Shown here: positions 1 through 12,885 of the stretch, piece by piece
Position numbering within the stretch: the first letter of the stretch is position 1
Layout of the letters: each line of letters opens with the position of its first letter
From: Lytechinus pictus
Lineage: Eukaryota
Direction of reading: 5' to 3'
Length of the DNA: 64,000 bases
Assembly (NCBI RefSeq): GCF_037042905.1
Contig: NC_087251.1
Location: 28,832,001-28,896,000, forward strand
The notes under the pieces: generated by a model
Seen by the model: only the letters and a program-made list of their open reading frames with translations
Database searches by the model: none
What the model was told of the DNA's origin: nothing
Position numbers and translations under genes: made by a program

Positions 1-213
1 TAAGCATCTTAACCGATTATTACAGCGAGATTCAAGAGGATCCAAGGAGTTTGAATTTTCGACCCCCTCGCCCCACCCGCGACATGGAAAATTTGGCAAA
101 ATTGAGCAAAATAATATTTGTTCAATATTTCCCCAGAAACCCCCCCAAATCAGCCGTCTTCGCTCCCTGGGATGTTTTAGCATCCTAACCGATTATTACA
201 GCGAGAATCAAGA

Positions 214-399
214 GGATCCAGAGAGTTTGAATTTTCGACCCCCTCGCCCCACCCGCGACATGGAAAATTGGGCAAAATTGTGCAAAATTGAGCAAAATAA
301 TATTTGTTCAATATTTCCCCCGAAACCCCCCCAAATCAGCCGTCCTCGCTTCCTGGGATGTTTTAGCATCCTAACCGATTATTACAGCGAGAATCAAGA
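214..399 (+). repeat. Representative 186-bp monomer (BamHI to BamHI)
   Basis: GGATCC at 214-219 and 400-405. Contains C-rich block 1 (CCCCCTCGCCCCACCCGCG), four AAAAT(T) tracts at 10-bp spacing, the TTGAGCAAA/TTTGTTCAA dyad, C5-GAAA-C7, and the GGATG-N6-CATCC inverted repeat. Confidence 0.97.
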
Positions 400-2879
400 G
401 GATCCAGGGAGTTTGAATTTTCGACCCGCTCGCCCCACCCGCGACATGAAAAATTTGGCAAAATTGGCCAAAATTGAGCAAAATAATATTTGTTCAATAT
501 TTCCCCAGAAACCCCCCCAAATCAGCCGTCTTCGCTCCCTGGGATGTTTAAACATCCTAACCGATTATTACAGCGAGATTCAAGAGGATCCAGGGAGTTT
601 GAATTTTCGACCCCCTCGCCCCACCCGCGACATGGAAAATTGGGCAAAATTGGCCAAAATTGAGGAAAATAATATTTGTTAAATATTTCCCCCGAAACCC
701 CCAAAAATCAGCCGTCTTCGCTCCCTGGGATGTTTAAGCATCTTAACCGATTATTACAGCGAGATTCAAGAGGATCCAAGGAGTTTGAATTTTCGACCCC
801 CTCGCCCCACCCGCAACATGGAAAATTGGGCAAAATTGGCCAAAATTGAGGAAAATAATATTTGTTCAATATTTCCCCCGAAACCCCCCCAAATCAGCCG
901 TCTTCGCTCCCTGGGATGTTTTAGCATCCTAACCGATTATTAGAGCAAGATTCAAGAGGATCCAGGGAGTTTGAATTTTCGACCCCCTCGCCCCACCCGC
1001 GACATGGAAAATTGGGCAAAATTGGCCAAAATTGAGCAAAATAATATTTGTTCAATATTTCCCCCGAAACCCCCCCAAATCAGCCGTCTTCGCTCCCTGG
1101 GATGTTTTAGCATACTAACCGATTATTACAGTGAAAATCAAGAGAATCAAGAGGATCCAGGGAGTAAGAATTTTCGACCCCCTCGCCCCACCCGCTACAT
1201 GGAAAATTGGGCAAAATTGGCCAAAATTGAGCAAAATAATATTTGTTCAATATTTCCCCCTAAACCCCCCCAAATCAGCCGTCCTTGCTTCCTGGGATGT
1301 TTTAGCATCCTAACCGATTATTACAGCGAGAATCAAGAGGATCCAGGGAGTTTGAATTTTCGACCCCCTCGCCCCACCCGCGACATGAAAAATTGGGCAA
1401 AATTGGCCAAAATTGAGCAAAATAATATTTGTTCAATATTTCCCCCGAAACCCCCCCAATCAGCCGTCTTTGCTCCCTGGGTTGTTTTAGCATCCTAACC
1501 GATTATTACAGCGAGAATTCAGAGGATCTAGGGAGTTTGAATTTTCGACCCCATTGCCCCAACCGGCGACATGGAAAATTGGGCAAAATTGGCCAAAATT
1601 GAGCAAAATAATATTTGTTCAACATTTCCCCCGAAACCCCCCAAATCAGCCGTCTTCGCTCCCTGGGATGTTTTAGCATCCTAACAGATTATTACAGCGA
1701 GAATCAAGAGGATCCAGAGAGTTTGAATTTTCGACCCCCTCGCCCCACCCGCGACATGGAAAATTGGGCAAAATCGTGCAAAATTGAGCAAAATAATATT
1801 TGTTCAATATTTCCCCCGAAACCCCCCCAAATCAGCCGTCTTCGCTCCCTGGGATGTTTTAGCATACTAACCGATTATTACAGTGAAAATCAAGAGAATC
1901 AAGAGGATCCAGGGAGTAAGAATTTTCGACCCCCTCGCCCCACCCGCGACATGGAAAATTGGGCAAAATTTGCCAAAATTGAGCAAAATAATATTTGTTC
2001 AATATTTCCCCCTAAACCCCCCCAAATCAGCCGTCCTTGCTTCCTGGGATGTTTTAGCATCCTAACCGATTATTACAGCGAGAATCAAGAGGATCCAGGG
2101 AGTTTGAATTTTCGACCCCCTCGCCCCACCCGCGACATGAAAAATTGGGCAAAATTGGCCAAAATTGAGCAAAATAATATTTGTTCAATATTTCCCCCGA
2201 AACCCCCCCAATCAGCCGTCTTTGCTCCCTGGGTTGTTTTACCATCCTAACCGATTATTACAGCGAGAATCAAGAGGATCCAGGGAGTTTGAATTTTCGA
2301 CCCCATTGCCCCACCCGCGACATGGAAAATTGGGCAAAATTGGCCAAAATTGAGCAAAATAATATTTGTTCAACATTTCCCCCGAAACCCCCCCAAATCA
2401 GCCGTCTTCGCTCCCTGGGATGTTTTAGCATCCTAACCGATTATTACAGCGAGAATCAAGAGGATCCAGAGAGTTTGAATTTTCGACCCCCTCGCCCCAC
2501 CCGCGACATGGAAAATTGGGCAAAATTTGCCAAAATTGAGCAAAATAATATTTGTTCAATATTTCCCCCTAAACCCCCCCAAATCAGCCGTCCTTGCTTC
2601 CTGGGATGTTTTAGCATCCTAACCGATTATTACAGCGAGAATCAAGAGGATCCAGAGAGTTTGAATTTTCGACCCCCTCGCCCCACCCGCGACATGAAAA
2701 ATTGGGCAAAATTGGCCAAAATTGAGCAAAATAATATTTGTTCAATATTTCCCCCGAAACCCCCCCAATCAGCCGTCTTTGCTCCCTGGGTTGTTTTAGC
2801 ATCCTAACCGATTATTACAGCGAGAATCAAGAGGATCCAGGGAGTTTGAATTTTCGACCCCATTGCCCCACCCGCGACA

Positions 2880-5800
2880 TGGAAAATTGGGCAAAATTGG
2901 CCAAAATTGAGCAAAATAATATTTGTTCAATATTTCCCCCGAAACCCCCCCAAATCAGCCGTCCTCGCTTCCTGGGATGTTTTAGCATCCTAACCGATTA
3001 TTACAGTGAAAATCAAGAGAATCAAGAGGATCCAGGGAGTAAGAATTTTCGACCCCCTCGCCCCACCCGCGACATGGAAAATTGGGCAAAAATTGAGCAA
3101 AATAATATTTGTTCAATATTTCCCCCTAAACCCCCCCAAATCAGCCGTCCTCGCTTCCTGGGATGTTTTAGCATCCTAACCGATTATTACAGCGAGAATC
3201 AAGAGGATCCAGGGAGTTTGAATTTTCGACCCCCTCGCCCCACCCGCGACATGAAAAATTGGGCAAAATTGGCCAAAATTGAGCAAAATAATATTTGTTC
3301 AACATTTCCCCCAAAACCCCCCCAAATCAGCCGTCTTCGCTCCCTGGGATGTTTTAGCATTCTAACCGATTATTACAGCGAGAATCAAGAGGATCCAGAG
3401 AGTTTGAATTTTCGACCCCCTCGCCCCACCCGCGACATGGAAAATTGGGCAAAATTGTGCAAAATTGAGCAAAATAATATTTGTTCAATATTTCCCCCGA
3501 AACCCCCCCAAATCAGCCGTCCTCGCTTCCTGGGATGTTTAAGCATCCTAACCGATTATTACAGCGAGAATCAAGAGGATCCAGGGAGTTTGAATTTTCG
3601 ACCCGCTCGCCCCACCCGCGACATGAAAAATTTGGCAAAATTGGCCAAAATTGAGCAAAATAATATTTGTTCAATATTTCCCCAGAAACCCCCCCAAATC
3701 AGCCGTCTTCGCTCCCTGGGATGTTTTAGCATCCTAACCGATTATTACAGCGAGAATCAAGAGGATCCAGAGAGTTTGAATTTTCGACCCCCTCGCCCCA
3801 CCCGCGACATGGAAAATTGGGCAAAATTTGCCAAAATTGAGCAAAATAATATTTGTTCAACATTTCCCCGAAACCCCCCCCCAAATCAGCCGTCTTTGCT
3901 CCCTGGGATGTTTTAGCATTATTACAGCGAGAATCAAGAGGATCCAGGGAGTTTGATTTTTCGACCCCCTCGCCCCACCCGCGACATGGAAAATTGGGCA
4001 AAATTGGCCAAAATTGAGGAAAATAATATTTGTTCAATATTTCCCCCGAAACCCCCCCAAATCAGCCGTCTTCGCTCCCTGGGATGTTTTAGCATCCTAA
4101 CCGATTATTACAGCGAGAATCAAGAGGATCCAGGGAGTTTGAATTTTCGACCCCCTCGCCCCACCCGCGACATGAAAAATTGGGCAAAATTGGCCAAAAT
4201 TGAGCAAAATAATATTTGTTCAATATTTCCCCCGAAACCCCCCCAAATCAGCCGTCTTTGCTCCCTGGGTTGTTTTAGCATCCTAACCGATTATTACAGC
4301 GAGAATCAAGAGGATCCAGGGAGTTTGAATTTTCGACCCCATTGCCCCACCCGGCGACATGGAAAATTGGGCAAAATTGGCCAAAATTGAGCAAAATAAT
4401 ATTTGTTCAACATTTCCCCCAAAACCCCCCCAAATCAGCCGTCTTCGCTCCCTGGGATGTTTTAGCATCCTAACCGATTATTACAGCGAGAATCAAGAGG
4501 ATCCAGAGAGTTTGAATTTTCGACCCCCTCGCCCCACCCGCGACATGGAAAATTGGGCAAAATTGTGCAAAATTGAGCAAAATAATATTTGTTCAATATT
4601 TCCCCCGAAACCCCCCCAAATCAGCCGTCCTCGCTTCCTGGGATGTTTAAGCATCCTAACCGATTATTACAGCGAGAATCAAGAGGATCCAGGGAGTTTG
4701 AATTTTCGACCCGCTCGCCCCACCCGCGACATGAAAAATTTGGCAAAATTGGCCAAAATTGAGCAAAATAATATTTGTTCAATATTTCCCCAGAAACCCC
4801 CCCAAATCAGCCGTCTTCGCTCCCTGGGATGTTTTAGCATCCTAACCGATTATTACAGCGAGAATCAAGAGGATCCAGAGAGTTTGAATTTTCGACCCCC
4901 TCGCCCCACCCGCGACATGGAAAATTGGGCAAAATTGTGCAAAATTGAGCAAAATAATATTTGTTCAATATTTCCCCCGAAACCCCCCCAAATCAGCCGT
5001 CCTCGCTTCCTGGGATGTTTTAGCATCCTAACCGATTATTACAGCGAGAATCAAGAGGATCCAGGGAGTTTGAATTTTCGACCCGCTCGCCCCACCCGCG
5101 ACATGAAAAATTTGGCAAAATTGGCCAAAATTGAGCAAAATAATATTTGTTCAATATTTCCCCAGAAACCCCCCCAAATCAGCCGTCTTCGCTCCCTGGG
5201 ATGTTTAAGCATCCTAACCGATTATTACAGCGAGATTCAAGAGGATCCAGGGAGTTTGAATTTTCGACCCCCTCGCCCCACCCGCGACATGGAAAATTGG
5301 GCAAAATTGGCCAAAATTGAGGAAAATAATATTTGTTAAATATTTCCCCCGAAACCCCCAAAAATCAGCCGTCTTCGCTCCCTGGGATGTTTAAGCATCT
5401 TAACCGATTATTACAGCGAGATTCAAGAGGATCCAAGGAGTTTGAATTTTCGACCCCCTCGCCCCACCCGCGACATGGAAAATTTGGCAAAATTGAGCAA
5501 AATAATATTTGTTCAATATTTCCCCAGAAACCCCCCCAAATCAGCCGTCTTCGCTCCCTGGGATGTTTTAGCATCCTAACCGATTATTACAGCGAGAATC
5601 AAGAGGATCCAGAGAGTTTGAATTTTCGACCCCCTCGCCCCACCCGCGACATGGAAAATTGGGCAAAATTGTGCAAAATTGAGCAAAATAATATTTGTTC
5701 AATATTTCCCCCGAAACCCCCCCAAATCAGCCGTCCTCGCTTCCTGGGATGTTTTAGCATCCTAACCGATTATTACAGCGAGAATCAAGAGGATCCAGGG

Positions 5801-8800
5801 AGTTTGAATTTTCGACCCGCTCGCCCCACCCGCGACATGAAAAATTTGGCAAAATTGGCCAAAATTGAGCAAAATAATATTTGTTCAATATTTCCCCAGA
5901 AACCCCCCCAAATCAGCCGTCTTCGCTCCCTGGGATGTTTAAACATCCTAACCGATTATTACAGCGAGATTCAAGAGGATCCAGGGAGTTTGAATTTTCG
6001 ACCCCCTCGCCCCACCCGCGACATGGAAAATTGGGCAAAATTGGCCAAAATTGAGGAAAATAATATTTGTTAAATATTTCCCCCGAAACCCCCAAAAATC
6101 AGCCGTCTTCGCTCCCTGGGATGTTTAAGCATCTTAACCGATTATTACAGCGAGATTCAAGAGGATCCAAGGAGTTTGAATTTTCGACCCCCTCGCCCCA
6201 CCCGCAACATGGAAAATTTGGCAAAATTGGCCAAAATTGAGGAAAATAATATTTGTTCAATATTTCCCCCGAAACCCCCCCAAATCAGCCGTCTTCGCTC
6301 CCTGGGATGTTTTAGCATCCTAACCGATTATTACAGCAAGATTCAAGAGGATCCAGGGAGTTTGAATTTTCGACCCCCTCGCCCCACCCGTGACATGGAA
6401 AATTGGGCAAAATTTGCCAAAATTGAGCAAAATAATATTTGTTCAATATTTCCCCCTAAACCCCCCCAAATCAGCCGTCCTTGCTTCCTGGGATGTTTTA
6501 GCATCCTAACCGATTATTACAGCGAGAATCAAGAGGATCCAGGGAGTTTGAATTTTCGACCCTCTCGCCCCACCCGCGACATGAAAAATTGGGCAAAATT
6601 TGCCAAAATTGAGCAAAATAATATTTGTTCAATATTTCCCCCGAAACCCCCCCAATCAGCCGTCTTTGCTCCCTGGGTTGTTTTAGCATCCTAACCGATT
6701 ATTACAGCGAGAATCAAGAGGATCCAGGGAGTTTGAATTTTCGACCCCATTGCCCCACCCGCGACATGGAAAATTGGGCAAAATTGGCCAAAATTGAGCA
6801 AAATAATATTTGTTCAACATTTCCCCCGAAACCCCCCCAAATCAGCCGTCTTCGCTCCCTGGGATGTTTTAGCATCCTAACCGATTATTACAGCGAGAAT
6901 CAAGAGGATCCAGAGAGTTTGAATTTTCGACCCCCTCGCCCCACCCGCGACATGGAAAATTGGGCAAAATTTGCCAAAATTGAGCAAAATAATATTTGTT
7001 CAATATTTCCCCCGAAACCCCCCCAAATCAGCCGTCCTCGCTTCCTGGGATGTTTTAGCATCCTAACCGATTATTACAGCGAGAATCAAGAGGATCCAGG
7101 GAGTTTGAATTTTCGACCCGCTCGCCCCACCCGCGACATGAAATATTTGGCAAAATTGGCCAAAATTGAGCAAAATAATATTTGTTCAATATTTCCCCAG
7201 AAACCCCCCCAAATCAGCCGTCTTCGCTCCCTGGGATGTTTAAGCATCCTAACCGATTATTACAGCGAGATTCAAGAGGATCCAGGGAGTTTGAATTTTC
7301 GACCCCCTCGCCCCACCCGCGACATGGAAGATTTGGCAAAATTGAGCAAAATAATATTTGTTCAATATTTCCCCAGAAACCCCCCCCAAATCAGCCGTCT
7401 TCGCTCCCTGGGATGTTTTAGCATCCTAACTGATTATTACAGCGAGAATCAAGAGGATCCAGAGAGTTTGAATTTTCGACCCCCTCGCCCCACCCGCGAC
7501 ATGGAAAATTGGGCAAAATTGTGCAAAATTGAGCAAAATAATATTTGTTCAATATTTCCCCCGAAACCCCCCCAAATCAGCCGTCCTCGCTTCCTGGGAT
7601 GTTTTAGCATCCTAACCGATTATTACAGCGAGAATCAAGAGGATCCAGGGAGTTTGAATTTTCGACCCGCTCGCCCCACCCCGCGACATGAAAAATTTGG
7701 CAAAATTGGCCAAAATTGAGCAAAATAATATTTGTTCAATATTTCCCCCTAAACCCCCCCAAATCAGCCGTCCTCGCTTCCTGGGATGTTTTAGCATCCT
7801 AACCGATTATTACAGCGAGAATCAAGAGGATCCAGGGAGTTTGAATTTTCGACCCGCTCGCCCCACCCGTGACATGGAAAATTGGGCAAAATTTGCCAAA
7901 ATTGAGCAAAATAATATTTGTTCAATATTTCCCCCTAAACCCCCCCAAATCAGCCGTCCTTGCTTCCTGGGATGTTTTAGCATCCTAACCGATTATTACA
8001 GCGAGAATCAAGAGGATCCAGGGAGTTTGAATTTTCGACCCTCTCGCCCCACCCGCGACATGAAAAATTGGGCAAAATTTGCCAAAATTGAGCAAAATAA
8101 TATTTGTTCAATATTTCCCCCGAAACCCCCCCAATCAGCCGTCTTTGCTCCCTGGGTTGTTTTAGCATCCTAACCGATTATTACAGCGAGAATCAAGAGG
8201 ATCCAGGGAGTTTGAATTTTCGACCCCATTGCCCCACCCGCGACATGGAAAATTGGGCAAAATTGGCCAAAATTGAGCAAAATAATATTTGTTCAACATT
8301 TCCCCCGAAACCCCCCCAAATCAGCCGTCTTCGCTCCCTGGGATGTTTTAGCATCCTAACCGATTATTACAGCGAGAATCAAGAGGATCCAGAGAGTTTG
8401 AATTTTCGACCCCCTCGCCCCACCCGCGACATGGAAAATTGGGCAAAATTTGCCAAAATTGAGCAAAATAATATTTGTTCAATATTTCCCCCGAAACCCC
8501 CCCAAATCAGCCGTCCTCGCTTCCTGGGATGTTTTAGCATCCTAACCGATTATTACAGCGAGAATCAAGAGGATCCAGGGAGTTTGAATTTTCGACCCGC
8601 TCGCCCCACCCGCGACATGAAATATTTGGCAAAATTGGCCAAAATTGAGCAAAATAATATTTGTTCAATATTTCCCCAGAAACCCCCCCAAATCAGCCGT
8701 CTTCGCTCCCTGGGATGTTTAAGCATCCTAACCGATTATTACAGCGAGATTCAAGAGGATCCAGGGAGTTTGAATTTTCGACCCCCTCGCCCCACCCGCG

Positions 8801-11800
8801 ACATGGAAGATTTGGCAAAATTGAGCAAAATAATATTTGTTCAATATTTCCCCAGAAACCCCCCCCAAATCAGCCGTCTTCGCTCCCTGGGATGTTTTAG
8901 CATCCTAACTGATTATTACAGCGAGAATCAAGAGGATCCAGAGAGTTTGAATTTTCGACCCCCTCGCCCCACCCGCGACATGGAAAATTGGGCAAAATTG
9001 TGCAAAATTGAGCAAAATAATATTTGTTCAATATTTCCCCCGAAACCCCCCCAAATCAGCCGTCCTCGCTTCCTGGGATGTTTTAGCATCCTAACCGATT
9101 ATTACAGCGAGAATCAAGAGGATCCAGGGAGTTTGAATTTTCGACCCGCTCGCCCCACCCCGCGACATGAAAAATTTGGCAAAATTGGCCAAAATTGAGC
9201 AAAATAATATTTGTTCAATATTTCCCCCGAAACCCCCCCAAATCAGCCGTCTTTGCTCCCTGGGTTGTTTTAGCATCCTAACCGATTATTACAGCGAGAA
9301 TCAAGAGGATCCAGGGAGTTTGAATTTTCAACCCCATTGCCCCACCCGGCGACATGGAAAATTGGGCAAAATTGGCCAAAATTGAGCAAAATAATATTTA
9401 TTCAACATTTCCCCCAAAACCCCCCCAAATCAGCCGTCTTCGCTCCCTGGGATGTTTTAGCATCCTAACCGATTATTACAGCGAGAATCAAGAGGATCCA
9501 GAGAGTTTGAATTTTCGACCCCCTCGCCCCACCCGCGACATGGAAAATTGGGCAAAATTGGCCAAAATTGAGCAAAATAATATTTGTTCAATATTTCCCC
9601 CGAAACCCCCCCAAATCAGCCGTCCTCGCTTCCTGGGATGTTTTAGCATCCTAACCGATTATTACAGTGAAAATCAAGAGAATCAAGAGGATCCAGGGAG
9701 TAAGAATTTTCGACCCCCTCGCCCCACCCGCGACATGGAAAATTGGGCAAAATTTGCCAAAATTGAGCAAAATAATATTTGTTCAATATTTCCCCCTAAA
9801 CCCCCCCAAATCAGCCGTCCTCGCTTCCTGGGATGTTTTAGCATCCTAACCGATTATTACAGCGAGAATCAAGAGGATCCAGGGAGTTTGAATTTTCGAC
9901 CCCCTCGCCCCACCCGCGACATGAAAAATTGGGCAAAATTGGCCAAAATTGAGCAAAATAATATTTGTTCAACATTTCCCCCAAAACCCCCCCAAATCAG
10001 CCGTCTTCGCTCCCTGGGATGTTTTAGCATCCTAACCGATTATTACAGCGAGAATCAAGAGGATCCAGAGAGTTTGAATTTTCGACCCCCTCGCCCCACC
10101 CGCGACATGGAAAATTGGGCAAAATTGTGCAAAATTGAGCAAAATAATATTTATTCAATATTTCCCCCGAAACCCCCCCAAATCAGCCGTCCTCGCTTCC
10201 TGGGATGTTTAAGCATCCTAACCGATTATTACAGCGAGAATCAAGAGGATCCAGGGAGTTTGAATTTTCGACCCGCTCGCCCCACCCGCGACATGAAAAA
10301 TTTGGCAAAATTGGCCAAAATTGAGCAAAATAATATTTGTTCAATATTTCCCCAGAAACCCCCCCAAATCAGCCGTCTTCGCTCCCTGGGATGTTTTAGC
10401 ATCCTAACCGATTATTACAGCGAGAATCAAGAGGATCCAGAGAGTTTGAATTTTCGACCCCCTCGCCCCACCCGCGACATGGAAAATTGGGCAAAATTTG
10501 CCAAAATTGAGCAAAATAATATTTGTTCAACATTTCCCCGAAACCCCCCCCCAAATCAGCCGTCTTTGCTCCCTGGGATGTTTTAGCATTATTACAGCGA
10601 GAATCAAGAGGATCCAGGGAGTTTGATTTTTCGACCCCCTCGCCCCACCCGCGACATGGAAAATTGGGCAAAATTGGCCAAACTTGAGGAAAATAATATT
10701 TGTTCAATATTTCCCCCGAAACCCCCCCAAATCAGCCGTCTTCGCTCCCTGGGATGTTTTAGCATCCTAACCGATTATTACAGCGAGAATCAAGAGGATC
10801 CAGGGAGTTTGAATTTTCGACCCCCTCGCCCCACCCGCGACATGAAAAATTGGGCAAAATTGGCCAAAATTGAGCAAAATAATATTTGTTCAATATTTCC
10901 CCCGAAACCCCCCCAAATCAGCCGTCTTTGCTCCCTGGGTTGTTTTAGCATCCTAACCGATTATTACAGCGAGAATCAAGAGGATCCAGGGAGTTTGAAT
11001 TTTCGACCCCATTGCCCCACCCGGCGACATGGAAAATTGGGCAAAATTGGCCAAAATTGAGCAAAATAATATTTGTTCAACATTTCCCCCAAAACCCCCC
11101 CAAATCAGCCGTCTTCGCTCCCTGGGATGTTTTAGCATCCTAACCGATTATTACAGCGAGAATCAAGAGGATCCAGAGAGTTTGAATTTTCGACCCCCTC
11201 GCCCCACCCGCGACATGGAAAATTGGGCAAAATTTGCCAAAATTGAGCAAAATAATATTTGTTCAATATTTCCCCCGAAACCCCCCCAAATCAGCCGTCC
11301 TCGCTTCCTGGGATGTTTAAGCATCCTAACCGATTATTACAGCGAGAATCAAGAGGATCCAGGGAGTTTGAATTTTCGACCCGCTCGCCCCACCCGCGAC
11401 ATGAAAAATTTGGCAAAATTGGCCAAAATTGAGCAAAATAATATTTGTTCAATATTTCCCCAGAAACCCCCCCAAATCAGCCGTCTTCGCTCCCTGGGAT
11501 GTTTTAGCATCCTAACCGATTATTACAGCGAGAATCAAGAGGATCCAGAGAGTTTGAATTTTCGACCCCCTCGCCCCACCCGCGACATGGAAAATTGGGC
11601 AAAATTGTGCAAAATTGAGCAAAATAATATTTGTTCAATATTTCCCCCGAAACCCCCCCAAATCAGCCGTCCTCGCTTCCTGGGATGTTTTAGCATCCTA
11701 ACCGATTATTACAGCGAGAATCAAGAGGATCCAGGGAGTTTGAATTTTCGACCCGCTCGCCCCACCCGCGACATGAAAAATTTGGCAAAATTGGCCAAAA

Positions 11801-12885
11801 TTGAGCAAAATAATATTTGTTCAATATTTCCCCAGAAACCCCCCCAAATCAGCCGTCTTCGCTCCCTGGGATGTTTAAGCATCCTAACCGATTATTACAG
11901 CGAGATTCAAGAGGATCCAGGGAGTTTGAATTTTCGACCCCCTCGCCCCACCCGCGACATGGAAAATTGGGCAAAATTGGCCAAAATTGAGGAAAATAAT
12001 ATTTGTTAAATATTTCCCCCGAAACCCCCAAAAATCAGCCGTCTTCGCTCCCTGGGATGTTTAAGCATCTTAACCGATTATTACAGCGAGATTCAAGAGG
12101 ATCCAAGGAGTTTGAATTTTCGACCCCCTCGCCCCACCCGCGACATGGAAAATTTGGCAAAATTGAGCAAAATAATATTTGTTCAATATTTCCCCAGAAA
12201 CCCCCCCAAATCAGCCGTCTTCGCTCCCTGGGATGTTTTAGCATCCTAACCGATTATTACAGCGAGAATCAAGAGGATCCAGAGAGTTTGAATTTTCGAC
12301 CCCCTCGCCCCACCCGCGACATGGAAAATTGGGCAAAATTGTGCAAAATTGAGCAAAATAATATTTGTTCAATATTTCCCCCGAAACCCCCCCAAATCAG
12401 CCGTCCTCGCTTCCTGGGATGTTTTAGCATCCTAACCGATTATTACAGCGAGAATCAAGAGGATCCAGGGAGTTTGAATTTTCGACCCGCTCGCCCCACC
12501 CGCGACATGAAAAATTTGGCAAAATTGGCCAAAATTGAGCAAAATAATATTTGTTCAATATTTCCCCAGAAACCCCCCCAAATCAGCCGTCTTCGCTCCC
12601 TGGGATGTTTAAACATCCTAACCGATTATTACAGCGAGATTCAAGAGGATCCAGGGAGTTTGAATTTTCGACCCCCTCGCCCCACCCGCGACATGGAAAA
12701 TTGGGCAAAATTGGCCAAAATTGAGGAAAATAATATTTGTTAAATATTTCCCCCGAAACCCCCAAAAATCAGCCGTCTTCGCTCCCTGGGATGTTTAAGC
12801 ATCTTAACCGATTATTACAGCGAGATTCAAGAGGATCCAAGGAGTTTGAATTTTCGACCCCCTCGCCCCACCCGCAACATGGAAA
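2880..12885 (+). repeat. Imperfect duplication with 6,670-bp offset (about 36 monomers): about 2.9-6.2 kb versus about 9.55-12.9 kb
   Basis: ORF pairs 3726/10396, 3953/10623, 4359/11029, 5333/12003. A few private changes (e.g. AACTTGAGG at about 10683, TTATTC at about 10153). Boundaries approximate. Confidence 0.85.
6380..9227 (+). repeat. Tandem 1,479-bp (8-monomer) HOR pair, also at about 18.4-21.3 kb and about 29.6-32.4 kb
   Basis: ORF pairs 6625/8104, 18686/20165 and 29810/31289 are all 1479 apart. Markers: ATGAAATATTTGG, GGAAGATTTGG (-10 monomer), AACTGATT. Confidence 0.9.

Noticed and set aside
252..268. CENP-B box-like motif (minus strand TTTCCATGTCGCGGG; also TTCGGGGGAAATATT)
   Set aside because: Only 6 of 9 and 5 of 9 of the essential TTCG-N4-A-N2-CGGG positions match, so neither is a canonical CENP-B box.
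239..333. Canonical G-quadruplex or i-motif in the consensus monomer
   Set aside because: Each C-rich block gives only three runs of three or more, and the two blocks are about 60 bp apart. Only the rare C11 variants fit the four-run pattern.
214..399. 5S rDNA, tRNA, snRNA or SINE tandem unit
   Set aside because: I recognise no 5S, tRNA cloverleaf or Pol III A/B box sequence. An Infernal/Rfam scan would be the formal test.
1258..1264. Telomere-like motifs (CCCTAAA in some monomers, CCTAA in most)
   Set aside because: Single isolated copies within a monomer, not tandem telomeric repeats.
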